Part shown: positions 40,101 to 53,400 of the stretch, piece by piece
Numbering within the stretch: position 1 is the first letter of the stretch
Layout of the letters: each line of letters opens with the position of its first letter
Source of the DNA: Octopus sinensis
Lineage: Eukaryota
Length of the DNA: 64,000 nucleotides
NCBI RefSeq assembly: GCF_006345805.1
Contig: NW_021832599.1
Coordinates: 1-64,000, forward strand
Direction: 5' to 3'
Translations under genes and position numbers: made by a program
Notes under the pieces: model-generated
Database searches by the model: none
Seen by the model: only the letters and a program-made list of their open reading frames with translations
Told to the model about the DNA's origin: nothing

Positions 40101-40723
40101 AAAGGTGAAAAGGGTAAAATGGGGCTGGAAGGGGATTAAAATTAAAGGAGCGGGTGTTAGCAATTCTCTGTTACATCAAGCTAAAAAATTTGCTCCAGCC
40201 TTTTAATCGTCAATGTGTTGCTGTCCATGATGAAGAAGTTTTGAATGCTTGCCATCGTGAGTCTACTGTCGTGAGAAAGAATCAAGTCAAAACTTGGTTT
40301 TTAGGGATTTTCTTTTACATCAAGTTCAAAATTTTACGCCAGCCGTTGACTGTCAATACGTTGCTGTCCGTCGTTAAGAAATGCCAGCCATGGTGACTCT
40401 ACTATCCTCAAATTCTATCCCTTCAAACTTTGGTTTCCAATATTTTATTATTTTTATTCAGCTCGCAAGTTCGTCTGTCCCTTTTAAATGTTAGTGTTTT
40501 GCTGTCTGTCTTGAAGCAGACCTTTCCTTTGTAACTGCCTGATATTTATGATTGATCTTTCTAAATATTTTATTTCTCAACTTACTCAAGATCTTTGTTG
40601 TTTATAAATGGGAGAGAGATACATAAAGATAGAGAGTAAGAGAAAGCGAGGGAGAGTCCGAGAGAAAGGAAGAGTAAGAGAGTGGGAGAGTGAGAGAGAA
40701 AGGAGAAAGAACAAAGAGGGAGA

Positions 40724-41015
40724 ATCATCATCATCATCGTTTAACGTCCGTTTTCCGTGCTAGCACGGGTGGACAGTTTGACAGGGGTCTGGGAAGCCAG
40801 GAGGCTGCACCAGGCCCAGTCTGATCTGGCAGTGTTTCGACAGGTGGATGCCCTTCCTAACGCAACCACTCTGTGAGCGTAGTGGGTACTTTTTTCGTGC
40901 CGCCTGCACAGGTGCCAGGGGGGCTGGCAGCGGCCACGATCGGTTGGTGCTTTTTTCGTGCCACCAGCACAGAAGCCAGTCAAGGTGGCGCTGCAATCGG
41001 CCACGTTCGGATGCT
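40724..41015 (-). mobile_element. SINE 3' portion with RTE-type (GAT)n tail; related copy ~43550-43755 (+)
   Basis: Minus strand ggttgcgttaggaagggcatccacctgtcgaaac...ggacgttaaacgatgatgatgat. Confidence 0.6.
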
Positions 41016-41113
41016 GCTTTTTTTTTGCTGAAAGGAAGCAACATAAAGTAACAACCACACCTTTACCCGCGCGTAGAGCGGGTCACCTTCAGCTAGGTAT
41101 ATATCTATATATA

Positions 41114-41157
<44 letters not shown>

Positions 41158-41263
41158 GTGTGTGTGTAGTGTGTATGTCTATATGTATATATAAGTTTGT
41201 AGATGTACATAGTATGTATGTATGTATGTATGATGTACTATCTATCTTATTATATATACATGC

Positions 41264-41310
<47 letters not shown>

Positions 41311-41725
41311 CCTCAGTATGCGTGAGTGCGTCTGTGTTGCGCCCGCCTGCGTGCGTTGTGTGTAAGTGTTCATTGTGTAAACACTCTCCTCACCGTTGCA
41401 CAAAAGATAAAAGTTATTTCCAGATATACACGGAATGTAAATTGAGAGCTTATTAGATTACTGAATGACTTCCCCTTCATATTTTCATACCTGATGCCTA
41501 CGTAACAAATACAAACACACACACACACACACAAATACACACGTATATATACATCGGCAGGTATAAGCATTTCACCTTTCGAGAAGGAATCTTTCAAAAG
41601 CGCTCTGTAAGCTGGTTTTCTCTAAATGCAGACGAACAAGATACTATAAAAACAAGACTATTATATAATACCACATATCACGTATGTATACATTATACGT
41701 ATATATATATATATATATTATATAA

Positions 41726-41760
<35 letters not shown>

Positions 41761-41903
41761 GATATATATATATGCATGTATATATATACATATATATATA
41801 TGTTTTTATTATATATAATATAGATATATATAATATTTATTTATATATGCATATGAATTTTATATATATATATATATATATGTGTTGTGTGTGTGTTTAT
41901 AAA

Positions 41904-41934
<31 letters not shown>

Positions 41935-42189
41935 GTATTAATATATATATATATATAAATATTTATATATATTAATATATATATATATTTATATATACTT
42001 ATATATATAAATTTATATCTATATATATAATATATATATAGAAAGAGAGAGAGAGGGAGAGAGAAAGTGAGACAGAGGGAAGGCGAGAGGGAGAGAGATG
42101 AATACAAACCTACATACATACGTTATATATTTATTATATATACATTCACAATTTACCAGGACACACACACACACCACACACACACACAC

Positions 42190-42238
<49 letters not shown>

Positions 42239-42298
42239 TATATATTATGTATTCGCCATGATAGATTACTAGCCACTACACATTCTTCTCTCCTTGTT

Positions 42299-42336
42299 TC
42301 TTTCTGTGGCAGAGCATAGGCTCGAAACATTAAAGA
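42299..42336 (+). ncRNA. Decayed hammerhead-like motif
   Basis: TCTTT-CTGTGGC-A-GAGC(ATAG)GCTC-GAAAC-AT-T-AAAGA: stems I and II kept, core degenerate; homologous to 43281 and 13909. Confidence 0.3.
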
Positions 42337-42600
42337 CTTTTTCACTTCCCGAGCGTTAAACTAATACATCTGTTTGTTGTCCACACCACCTGTCTTCGTC
42401 TTTTGTTTTGTGAATCTCCCTAAATGTATATATATATATTTATATATATATATGTATATATATATGTAGATAATATATATATATAATATAATAACACCAT
42501 ATATATATAATACATATATATATGTATGTATGTATGTATGTATGATATATATATATATATATACATACGTACATACATACATACATACATACATACATTC

Positions 42601-42650
<50 letters not shown>

Positions 42651-42705
42651 CATATGTATGTATGTATGCGTGTATGTATGTATGTATGTATATATGTATG
42701 TAAAA

Positions 42706-43030
42706 GTGCGTGGTTTAATGGTTAGGACATTCGGACCACTATCGAAAGATCGTAAGTTCGGTTCCTTGCGGCACGCTGTGTCCTCGAGTAAGACACTTTA
42801 TTTCCCGTTGCTCGAATCCGCTCAGCTGCCAAAAATAAATAGTGGCTGCAATTGAAAGGGCCATCCCTTGTCACATTCTGTGTCGTGGTAAATCTCCCAC
42901 CGAACTACGTTCAGGTTACGCGCATGTGTAGAGTGCTCAGCCACTTACACATTAATTTCACGCACGAGCAGGCTGTACCACAGACCAGATCAGCTGGAAC
43001 AATCGTCCTCGTAACCAACGATTGTCAGTT
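42706..43030 (+). mobile_element. Old SINE with the same 3' module as 17175-17558 but a different head
   Basis: Shared gaactacgtt...agtgctcagccacttacac.ttaatttca...agcaggctgt segment. Confidence 0.6.
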
Positions 43031-43280
43031 AATGTATGCATGTATAGAGAGACAGGATGGGGGAAGGAAGGAGAGAGACATGGATGTAGCTCCAGGGTAA
43101 AAAGATCTTTGATTCCCACCCATGCTCTGTCTTATTGCGCACCACCTTGTACAGGTGTTTTCGCCTTTAGCCCCAGGCCGATCCAGCCCTTTTAAATGGG
43201 TTCGGTAGACAGAAACTGTAAGAAGCCTGTCGTTTATGTATATTTCACTCCTTTTTTCTCTCCTTGTTTTTTTCTGTGTA

Positions 43281-43318
43281 TCTTTCTGTAGAAGAGCGTA
43301 GGCTCGAAACGTAAAATA
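43281..43318 (+). ncRNA. Hammerhead-like motif, variant core
   Basis: TCTTT-CTGTAGA-A-GAGC(GTAG)GCTC-GAAAC-GT-A-AAATA, inside a ~170-bp element ending in (TA)n. Confidence 0.35.
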
Positions 43319-43412
43319 CTTTTTCTATTCCTGAGCGTTATACTAATACATCTGTTTGTTTTGTACACCACCTGTCTTCGTCTTTTGTTTTTTTCATAAA
43401 CTCTCCCTATAT

Positions 43413-43504
<92 letters not shown>

Positions 43505-44595
43505 TGTGTGGACTTGCTTGCATTTGCGTGCACCCTGTCTTGACATCACGAGATGACTGTAAACGGGCATCAACATTATATCAACGATGTTGTCAGATTC
43601 CAGTCTCCCGCGAGAAACGTCTGGCCATGGGAATATTAAGTAGCTTTGAAATAGGTGAGAGTTGCTGACAGGAAGAGCACCCGGCTGTAGAAAAGCTGCT
43701 CCAACACATTTTGTTCACAAGCATGAAAAACTGGACGTTAAATGATGATGACAATGATACATACACACATACGAATATATATTTACATACACACACAGAC
43801 ACACACGCACGCACACGCACACGCACACACACATAAATGGAGCAAAAACGCGATAGAAGGCATTAAAACGTTCGGAGAGATAGATGCTACAAAGCCGAAC
43901 TAGGGAAACAACAATTAGAAGGACAGGCAAAAAAGGACGGGTCATTCTTGGCTTTCTTTCATCAGTCAAGTCCTAGAAGTCACGACCATTTCGGGCAGTT
44001 ACACTTGAGATGGTTCAATTTTGTTGCCCCCAAAAAGTCTAAACTAAGAGCCCTTTGTAAGAAAGCTAGCGAATGAGTACGGCAACAAAGACAAAAAAGA
44101 AAAACAAACAAAAAAAAACAGAGAACATGGTACACAATTACGAATACAACAACAAGAAATAACAACAGGCGTCTTTCGACAGGGAACGAATCAAATTGAG
44201 CTGGTGTGTATGAAGTGGAAGCCTAAAGGCAGGAACATAGGAGAAGGACATAAAAGGTGATTACGGTCGGCAGTCAGGCCAAGAAAGAAAGATCATGGCT
44301 GGTTGGACACCGGTCACGTGGAAGGAGGTCAGATGGGTAGGGACAGCGGGATTGAAGGATTAGAATAAAATCAGAGACAAAGAGAAAGGTACAGGGGAGA
44401 TAAACGAATTAAAGAAAGAAAGGGCCAAAAAGTTAAAGAGAGGGACAAGAAGTTAAAGAAAGAGAGGGCCACTTGAGATGGTTCGATCTGGTTGCCCCAC
44501 CTCCAAAAAAAAACCTCTAAGCTAAGAGCATTAGACCTCTTTGTTAGAAAGTTAGTGAATCTGTACACCAACAAAGACAATATAGATAGATAGAT

Positions 44596-44646
<51 letters not shown>

Positions 44647-44742
44647 TAGTTGGATATGTATATGTATATATATATATATATATATAAATATATGCATACA
44701 TACATACATGCATGCATACATACGTGCATACATGCATACATG

Positions 44743-44774
<32 letters not shown>

Positions 44775-44805
44775 CATATACTTATATATATATATATATA
44801 TATAA

Positions 44806-44843
<38 letters not shown>

Positions 44844-44868
44844 TGTGGTGTGTGTGTGTGTGTGTGCG

Positions 44869-44901
<33 letters not shown>

Positions 44902-45059
44902 ATCCAAGAATGGAGGTTGCGGTATTACATTTACCCCTTCATTACGGTCGTTTCAACAACTCGCAGTTCAATGACATGTAGTATCAGAGCGCGCGCGCAC
45001 AGACACATTTGATTGCCTAGTATTACAACATATCACATGTGATCTATGTTCATCTCACA

Positions 45060-46500
45060 AGACAAGGATAAAAGAAGCGTTATTGCTAGGACATGACGAT
45101 GTGATATTCAATGGAGACGCTGTGTGTATTAGCTGGCCCTGTCCGATGTTTCAATGCTAGTTTTCTTCAGCAAATTTCTGACTGAGACAGGCCATTCGTA
45201 ATCTCTTCTCATAATGTATCCACTTAGATATCAAGGCTGAAACACCCATCAAGCAGCTTTGCCGGTTTGTCGATCCAGCCGCCGACAACACTGGGTCAGC
45301 GGTACAGATTTGTTCTGTAGGTGCCGAACCGCAAGCCCACCGACCAGTCTGGGTTGGATTTGCTCCTCATTGCCTCTGGTTCTTTTTGAATGGTGCTGAT
45401 CATTTGAATTTCGTACTGCCCGACACCATTACGACGACGTTGTTGACATATACCTACACAGTTTTCCTGTGCCACAGTTCGAACTGGATGTCCCTTTGCA
45501 CCTCTACTTGCTGCGGTGGTGGCTCGAGAGTTAGTACATGGATTTGAGATGAAAGAGCAAACTGTTTGGCTATGTAGCCATTTAGTCTGCCCATTGACAA
45601 GATGTCGCTGCGCATTGCTGCGATTACGATTTTGAAAACTAAACTGAAATCAATTGCACTGACGATGGCTATCATGTACAGATGGTCGACCCTATCGAAA
45701 TATTTCCATCGATCTAAATTGATCAGAGTTTCTCCGACGCTGGGTTTGTTACTCATCCTCTCTACAATGAATCCTGTGAGATGGAAATTGTCGTGAACAG
45801 ATTTGCCCCGAATCGCACAGGTTTTTGCTCCTCCACCATAGTATGATGAAAGGCACCAGTCTTTTTGCTAGCATCTTCAAAATTTGAACTTTGCAGTCAG
45901 TAAAGTTATGACCAGAAATTTATGAAAAATATCCTCTTTGTTTGCATGTATTTCCGACAGTGCTACCATTCCCCGTTTCGCAGAAGTGTGAATTCGTGTT
46001 TTCTGCTGTCATTTACATTCAACTGCCAAGACGTTTGGCAGGTAAGTCTGGTTTTTACACGCAAATCTGTTGGGTTGACCATCCAAGCCAGGCGATTTCT
46101 CCCACTAACTCTGTCTCAACTGCTGTTATCGATTTTTCGCAGTAATTCAAATCCTTTGCCAAGAGATGCAGTCGGCTGTCGATGTAAACAATGAAGTTCA
46201 CAATCTTCTCAGTTCTGTCACTCGCTACGAACAGTTGAACAACTTGCCACGAGTAGTTAATGATCCCCCCCTTCGTTAATTATTGCCTATTCCTTAATTT
46301 CGTTTCTGAATGATTTGCGCATCGGGAACGATGACAACAACTTCCAGTAACCTAGGTATCTACCCGGCACCTTTAGGTTGGCTGTGCAATATAGAAATTT
46401 ATAACCTTTGTAACCAATCAAAAGAAAATCAAAAGACATCCGTCGCCATCTCTATACTTTGGCTTAACAACTATTTTATCGTGATTCGATCCTGATAACC
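45060..46500 (-). mobile_element. Degenerate L1/Tx1-type LINE reverse transcriptase fragment
   Basis: Minus strand KMLAKRL, ICAIRGKSVHDNFHL, LINLDRWKYFDRVDHLY, RLNG, VLTLEP, RKLALKHR; many stops and frameshifts. Confidence 0.8.
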
Positions 46501-46679
46501 CCAACGCTATTGGTCTATAGTCACACTAGTACATCCAGGAAATTCAGTCGCCACCTGTCAGACAGAACTATGATTGCAGTATTACCTTCTCATATGGTTA
46601 AACCCTTAAAATCCCGGTGTGGGCTTAAATCTCCCAGCTGTTCTAAAGAAACTAACATTCTCAACACGATCCTAGACAT

Positions 46680-46904
46680 TTACTCTTTTACTCTTTTACT
46701 TGTTTCAGTCATTTGACTGTGGCCATGGTGGAGCACCGTCTTTACTCGAGCACATCGACCCCAGGACTTATTCTTTGTAAGCCTAGTACTTATTCTATCG
46801 GTCTCTTTTGCCGTACCGCTAAGTTGCAGCGACATAAACACACTAGCATCGGTTGTCAAGCGATGTTGTGGGGGACAAACACAGACACACAAATATATTC
46901 ACAC

Positions 46905-46971
<67 letters not shown>

Positions 46972-47130
46972 TACGACGGGCTTCTTTCAGTTTCCGTCTA
47001 CCAAATCCACTCACAAGGCTTTGGTCGGCTCAAGGCTATAGTAGAAGACACTTGCCAAAGGTGCCACGCAGTGGGACTGAATCCGGAACCATGTGGTTGG
47101 TAAGCAAGCTACTTACCACACAGCCATTCC
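46680..47130 (-). mobile_element. SINE family B, full length with internal (TA)n
   Basis: Head ggaatggctgtgtggtaagtagcttgc, B box, (GTAAAAGA)n tail. Confidence 0.88.
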
Positions 47131-48243
47131 TGGCTCAGTTGTGGGAATAGAAGTGCCACTAAATTAAAGACACTACCTTCACTGCTGCTGCTGTTTGGTA
47201 GGAACAGCTTACCATGCGGGTCCAATAGAGAATCGTCTAGTTCTAAACTTTATCGAAACAACACTGCTACAAACTGCTCGTTCCTGACCGGCCATAAAAC
47301 GCGTACACTCTTTGGTCAGTGAAGATGGACGCGAGTGTGTGCACCCCAGAAAAACTTAGTAACCTCACATCAGTGAGCAAGGAACTCCAGGTCACATACA
47401 TTTATAGATACTATTCAAAGAGCTGTTGGTTGGAAGACAAGTGATACCACTCACCTAGGTTATAGAGAAAGACAATCCGGATTTCTCGACGGAGAGGTCT
47501 TCTTGTGCGTTCTGTTTTTAAACTTACCCACATTTCCTATTTTTCCTGACCGTCAAAATCTGTTTGATTGAGTTTGGGGAACGAATTCGTCAGGTTTCCC
47601 CCCATGTATTTTTTTTTGTGTTATGAACTCCTTCAATTCATTCTTATATATATTAACACGAGTGAAGGCAATGAGAGAATTACTGTATGCTTGGCGATTG
47701 GTGCCGCCGTTGTTTTTGTTGTTGCATTTATATTCTTGCTGTGGTTTTACTTGCGTGTTTTCCCCCTTGTTCTTGTTGATGCGGTTGCGGATTTAGATGT
47801 TTGTTTTCCCAGTTATTGTGGTGGTGGTGGTGGTGGTGGTGTGATGGTGGTGGTGGCATTGGCGCTGGTACTGGTACTAATGATAGTTGGCTTCTTCATA
47901 TCAGTATTAATATCTTTGGTGTGACAGGAAAGCAATTTGTCAAAGTACGTCAGGCGATCTCTAATCTCAGTTGGTTATTTTGTTGGCAATGGATGGGTTT
48001 GATCGTCGTAAATAGCTTCACTGATAGATCTGGCTTTGATGTAGAGAATTTATTAAAATCACAGCAGAAGGAGAAAGAGAGGTGGTAGAGAAAGAACATT
48101 TCATTTATGTCTAGGGTTTATATAAAAGCTTTTGTGAAGAACATACATCAAACAACTCATTATCTGTATTAATAAAGGGCGATTCCCCCTTCCTCCTCTC
48201 TCTCTCGTTCGCTCGCTCTTTCTCTATCTCCATCTTTCTCCTC

Positions 48244-48274
<31 letters not shown>

Positions 48275-49034
48275 TTGTCTCACTCTCTCACTCTCTCTCG
48301 TTTCATATTTATTCTTCACAAAAGCTTCTCATACAAGTCAAATGTTCCGTGTGTTGTGATGATTTTAATAAAAAAAAAACCTTCATACTCCATCCATATC
48401 AGAACCTGATCTTTCAGAAGCTGTGATGCAGCCATCAAACAGATCCAATTGCTAAACAATTGACATACTTTTATGAATTGCTTTACTGTGAATACTGAAA
48501 TAAACAGAGCACTGATGTATGTGTGTGTATGTGTATGTATATATATATATATATATATGTATATACTGGTGTGAATAGACGAGCAGAGATAGATATATAT
48601 CGTGTAATGAATTCTTTAGAGATATCTACGGAAAACATATATTTATTGTTATTTATCTCAAGACTCATCTTTTCATATTAAAATATCAGAGTGAGAGCTT
48701 AACGTTCTCTCGTGTGTAGATATTGTGTGTTGACCTAACTGCAAATAGTTTGTTTAACAAGGTTACACGAGAAATTTTGCTTTCTCTTTTTTTCCACATT
48801 CTGCATGGGAACGCTAAATATGCATTACGAGTGTTCGTAGTGTTGCAAGCAGTGCTGTATCGATGGTTAACTACGGTGAAAATATATCAGTATTACATGT
48901 TCGTTTCCGACTAATACTGTTTTTTTTTTTCATTAGTTTATAATTTCATTTTTCTATCTCTACGATACTGCAAGAAATGGACGTCTTAATGGTAGACGTG
49001 AGCGTAAAATGCAGCTTGAAACGTCTCTCTACAG

Positions 49035-49401
49035 CAGTGCTTTTCAAACTTTTTGCTGGAAACATTCCACTGGCTCGGGGTCGATTTGCTCGACTAAAGG
49101 CGCTGCTCCAGCATGGCTGCAGTCAAATGACTGAAACAAATAAAAGAGTAAAAGAGAGAGAGAGTAAAGAGTATTTGAGCGAGGATTGAAAATGAGGCGT
49201 GGAAAGTCGTGTTTATGGCTTGGGTAACCCCTATGGCTCGGGGAACCCCTATGCAATAATTTAATAGTCTTATGCACACATATCTGCACAGGAGAATTAA
49301 AAATTACTGCCGATTTTAGCAGTTTTGTAACTTCTTGCGGAACCCCTAGACTGTACTGGCGGAACCCCAAGGTTCCGCGGAACCCTGGTTGAAAACCACT
49401 G
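49035..49401. mobile_element. hAT-type MITE carrying a SINE-B 3' fragment
   Basis: TIRs CAGTGCTTTTCAA / TTGAAAACCACTG; perfect 8-bp TSD CTCTACAG (49027-49034 / 49402-49409). Confidence 0.85.
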
Positions 49402-50416
49402 CTCTACAGTGAGACAATAAACGTCCGGTTTGAAACAAGATTTAATCTACATAGTCACATGAGGATCTACAGAAGTTAAATCTTTGTCTCAGAGGGATTG
49501 CTGACAATTACATACAAATACATAGGAAAACATGTATTCCGCCATATAAATATATATGAGCATAACATAAAAACGACACAAGCAAATAAAAATTGGGTAA
49601 TTGTAATTTGTCCATTGATAGGCAATTTTGATAAACCATAGTACTGTAAGGTCTCACATATATAAGTTAAAAACCCTCGATTAACAAGCGTTATCATACT
49701 ATGATGGGCGTAATCGGCTGGGCCGATCGGCATGGAACTTTGTAGGGGTATTCGGGGGGGGGGGTCTCTAGGGTGGTTTATATATAGGTTTAGTCTCCCC
49801 CTATTTTCAGAGAAATTTCATCAATTGAGGTAACTTTGGTACCCGGAGATAACTTTGGCAGAAGAAATAGGGTGGCCTATACCCTCCTAAAGGACATGCT
49901 TGACCTCCTCCTTCTACCCCTGTCTCTGTCCCACCAACACCCCTACCTGAGTAACACCAACAATTAATGCAAATTTGGCACCCGGAGGTAAGTTTTGTAA
50001 GAGGAATAGAGAGGCTTACCTTCTCCCGCAAAAATCAGTCCGATCTCCTCTTCCTCTCCCGCCTCGCCCCCACCCCACCCAACCTCTTCTCCCTCTATTG
50101 AGTAATATTGTCGAATGAAGTAACTTTGGCAACCTGGGCCTCCTACACTGAGTGTGAGAATTAGATCTCTCCTTTCGAACACATAAACAGTTTCGAAACA
50201 TTGTTTACAAAATAATAGCTGATCATTTGCGAAGGAGCGTGTCTACAGTCAACACTTTGGACTTTTGCTCTAGTAACTTTTCCTTACTATGTATCATACT
50301 ACGGTATATAAAACAGTGAATTACATAATATACGTTCATTATATTACACGTTAATTAAAATGCAACAAAAGATTCTTTTTTATGTTGCTCATTTATTATT
50401 TTATTCGTGTCAGATC

Positions 50417-53400
50417 ATGACACCAAAACTGAAGTCGTCAATCGGGAGAAAAACAAGAAATGCTGCTTCTGCCAGTAGGACTCGGTCGGACGAAGCGTAC
50501 AGGGAAGCCGAACAAGAAAGAGATACAGAAGCACGGGGTGCAAAGCGCCAAAATATAGAAGTGAGAGACTCTGAGCAACAAAGAAATACCTCAGCACATC
50601 GATCAAGTGGGCTAAATCTGGCTGTCAGAGATGCAGAACAAGACGAAAATACCGCAGCACGTCGATCAAGTGGGCTAAATCTGGCTGTCAGAGATGCAGA
50701 ACAAGACGAAAATACCGCAGCACGTCGATCAAGTGGGCTAAATCTGGCTGTCAGAGATGCAGAACAAGACGAAAATACCGCAGCACATCGATCAAGTGGG
50801 CTAAATCTGGCTGTCAGAGATGCAGAACAAGACGAAAATACCTCAGCACATCGATCAAGTGGGCTAAATCTGGCTGTCAGAGATGCAGAACAAGACGAAA
50901 ATACCGCAGCACGTCGATCAAGTGGGCTAATCTGGCTGTCAGAGATGCAGAACAAGACGAAAATACCGCAGCACATCGATCAAGTGGGCTAAATCTGGCT
51001 GTCAGACATGCAGAACAAGACGAAAATACCGCAGCACGTCGATCAAGTGGCTAAATCTGGCTGTCAGAGATGCAGAACAAGACGAAAATACCGCAGCACA
51101 TCGATCAAGTGGGCTAAATCTGGCTGTCAGAGATGCAGAACAAGACGAAAATACCGCAGCACGTCGATCAAGTGGGCTAAATCTGGCTGTCAGAGATGCA
51201 GAACAAGACGAAAATACCTCAGCACATCGATCAAGTGGGCTAAATCTGGCTGTCAGAGATGCAGAACAAGACGAAAATACCGCAGCACGTCGATCAAGTG
51301 GCTAAATCTGGCTGTCAGAGATGCAGAACAAGACGAAAATACCGCAGCACGTCGATCAAGTGGGCTAAATCTGGCTGTCAGACATGCAGAACAAGACGAA
51401 AATACCGCAGCACATCGATCAAGTGGGCTAAATCTGGCTGTCAGACATGCAGAACAAGACGAAAATACCGCAGCACGTCGATCAAGTGGGCTAAATCTGG
51501 CTGTCAGACATGCAGAACAAGACGAAAATACCGCAGCACGTCGATCAAGTGGGCTAAATCTGGCTGTCAGAGATGCAGAACAAGACGAAAATACCGCAGC
51601 ACGTCGATCAAGTGGGCTAAATCTGGCTGTCAGAGATGCAGAACAAGACGAAAATACCGCAGCACGTCGATCAAGTGGGCTAAATCTGGCTGTCAGAGAT
51701 GCAGAACAAGACGAAAATACCGCAGCACGTCGATCAAGTGGGCTAAATCTGGCTGTCAGAGATGCAGAACAAGACGAAAATACCGCAGCACGTCGATCAA
51801 GTGGGCTAAATCTGGCTGTCAGAGATGCAGAACAAGACGAAAATACCGCAGCACGTCGATCAAGTGGGCTAAATCTGGCTGTCAGAGATGCAGAACAAGA
51901 CGAAAATACCGCAGCACGTCGATCAAGTGGGCTAAATCTGGCTGTCAGAGATGCAGAACAAGACGAAAATACCGCAGCACGTCGATCAAGTGGGCTAAAT
52001 CTGGCTGTCAGAGATGCAGAACAAGACGAAAATACCGCAGCACATCGATCAAGTGGGCTAAATCTGGCTGTCAGAGATGCAGAACAAGACGAAAATACCG
52101 CAGCACGTCGATCAAGTGGGCTAAATCTGGCTGTCAGAGATGCAGAACAAGACGAAAATACCGCAGCACGTCGATCAAGTGGGCTAAATCTGGCTGTCAG
52201 AGATGCAGAACAAGACGAAAATACCGCAGCACATCGATCAAGTGGGCTAAATCTGGCTGTCAGAGATGCAGAACAAGACGAAAATACCGCAGCACGTCGA
52301 TCAAGTGGGCTAAATCTGGCTGTCAGAGATGCAGAACAAGACGAAAATACCGCAGCACATCGATCAAGTGGGCTAAATCTGGCTGTCAGAGATGCAGAAC
52401 AAGACGAAAATACCGCAGCACGTCGATCAAGTGGGCTAAATCTGGCTGTCAGACATGCAGAACAAGACGAAAATACCGCAGCACGTCGATCAAGTGGGCT
52501 AAATCTGGCTGTCAGACATGCAGAACAAGACGAAAATACCGCAGCACGTCGATCAAGTGGGCTAAATCTGGCTGTCAGAGATGCAGAACAAGACGAAAAT
52601 ACCGCAGCACATCGATCAAGTGGGCTAAATCTGGCTGTCAGAGATGCAGAACAAGACGAAAATACCGCAGCACGTCGATCAAGTGGGCTAAATCTGGCTG
52701 TCAGACATGCAGAACAGACGAAAATACCGCAGCACGTCGATCAAGTGGGCTAAATCTGGCTGTCAGAGATGCAGAACAAGACGAAAATACCGCAGCACGT
52801 CGATCAAGTGGGCTAAATCTGGCTGTCAGAGATGCAGAACAAGACGAAAATACCGCAGCACGTCGATCAAGTGGGCTAAATCTGGCTGTCAGAGATGCAG
52901 AACAGACGAAAATACCGCAGCACGTCGATCAAGTGGGCTAAATCTGGCTGTCAGAGATGCAGAACAAGACGAAAATACCGCAGCACGTCGATCAAGTGGG
53001 CTAAATCTGGCTGTCAGAGATGCAGAACAAGACGAAAATACCGCAGCACGTCGATCAAGTGGGCTAAATCTGGCTGTCAGAGATGCAGACAAGACGAAAA
53101 TACCGCAGCACGTCGATCAAGTGGGCTAAATCTGGCTGTCAGAGATGCAGAACAAGACGAAAATACCGCAGCACATCGATCAAGTGGGCTAAATCTGGCT
53201 GTCAGAGATGCAGAACAAGACGAAAATACCGCAGCACGTCGATCAAGTGGGCTAAATCTGGCTGTCAGAGATGCAGAACAAGACGAAAATACCGCAGCAC
53301 ATCGATCAAGTGGGCTAAATCTGGCTGTCAGAGATGCAGAACAAGACGAAAATACCGCAGCACGTCGATCAAGTGGGCTAAATCTGGCTGTCAGAGATGC

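Noticed and set aside
49446-49470. Alternative Helitron 5' end at A|TCTAC
   Set aside because: 49652 fits better: TCTC..ATATATAA followed by a ccgatcggcatggaactttg motif like the other Helitron starts here. The boundary remains uncertain.
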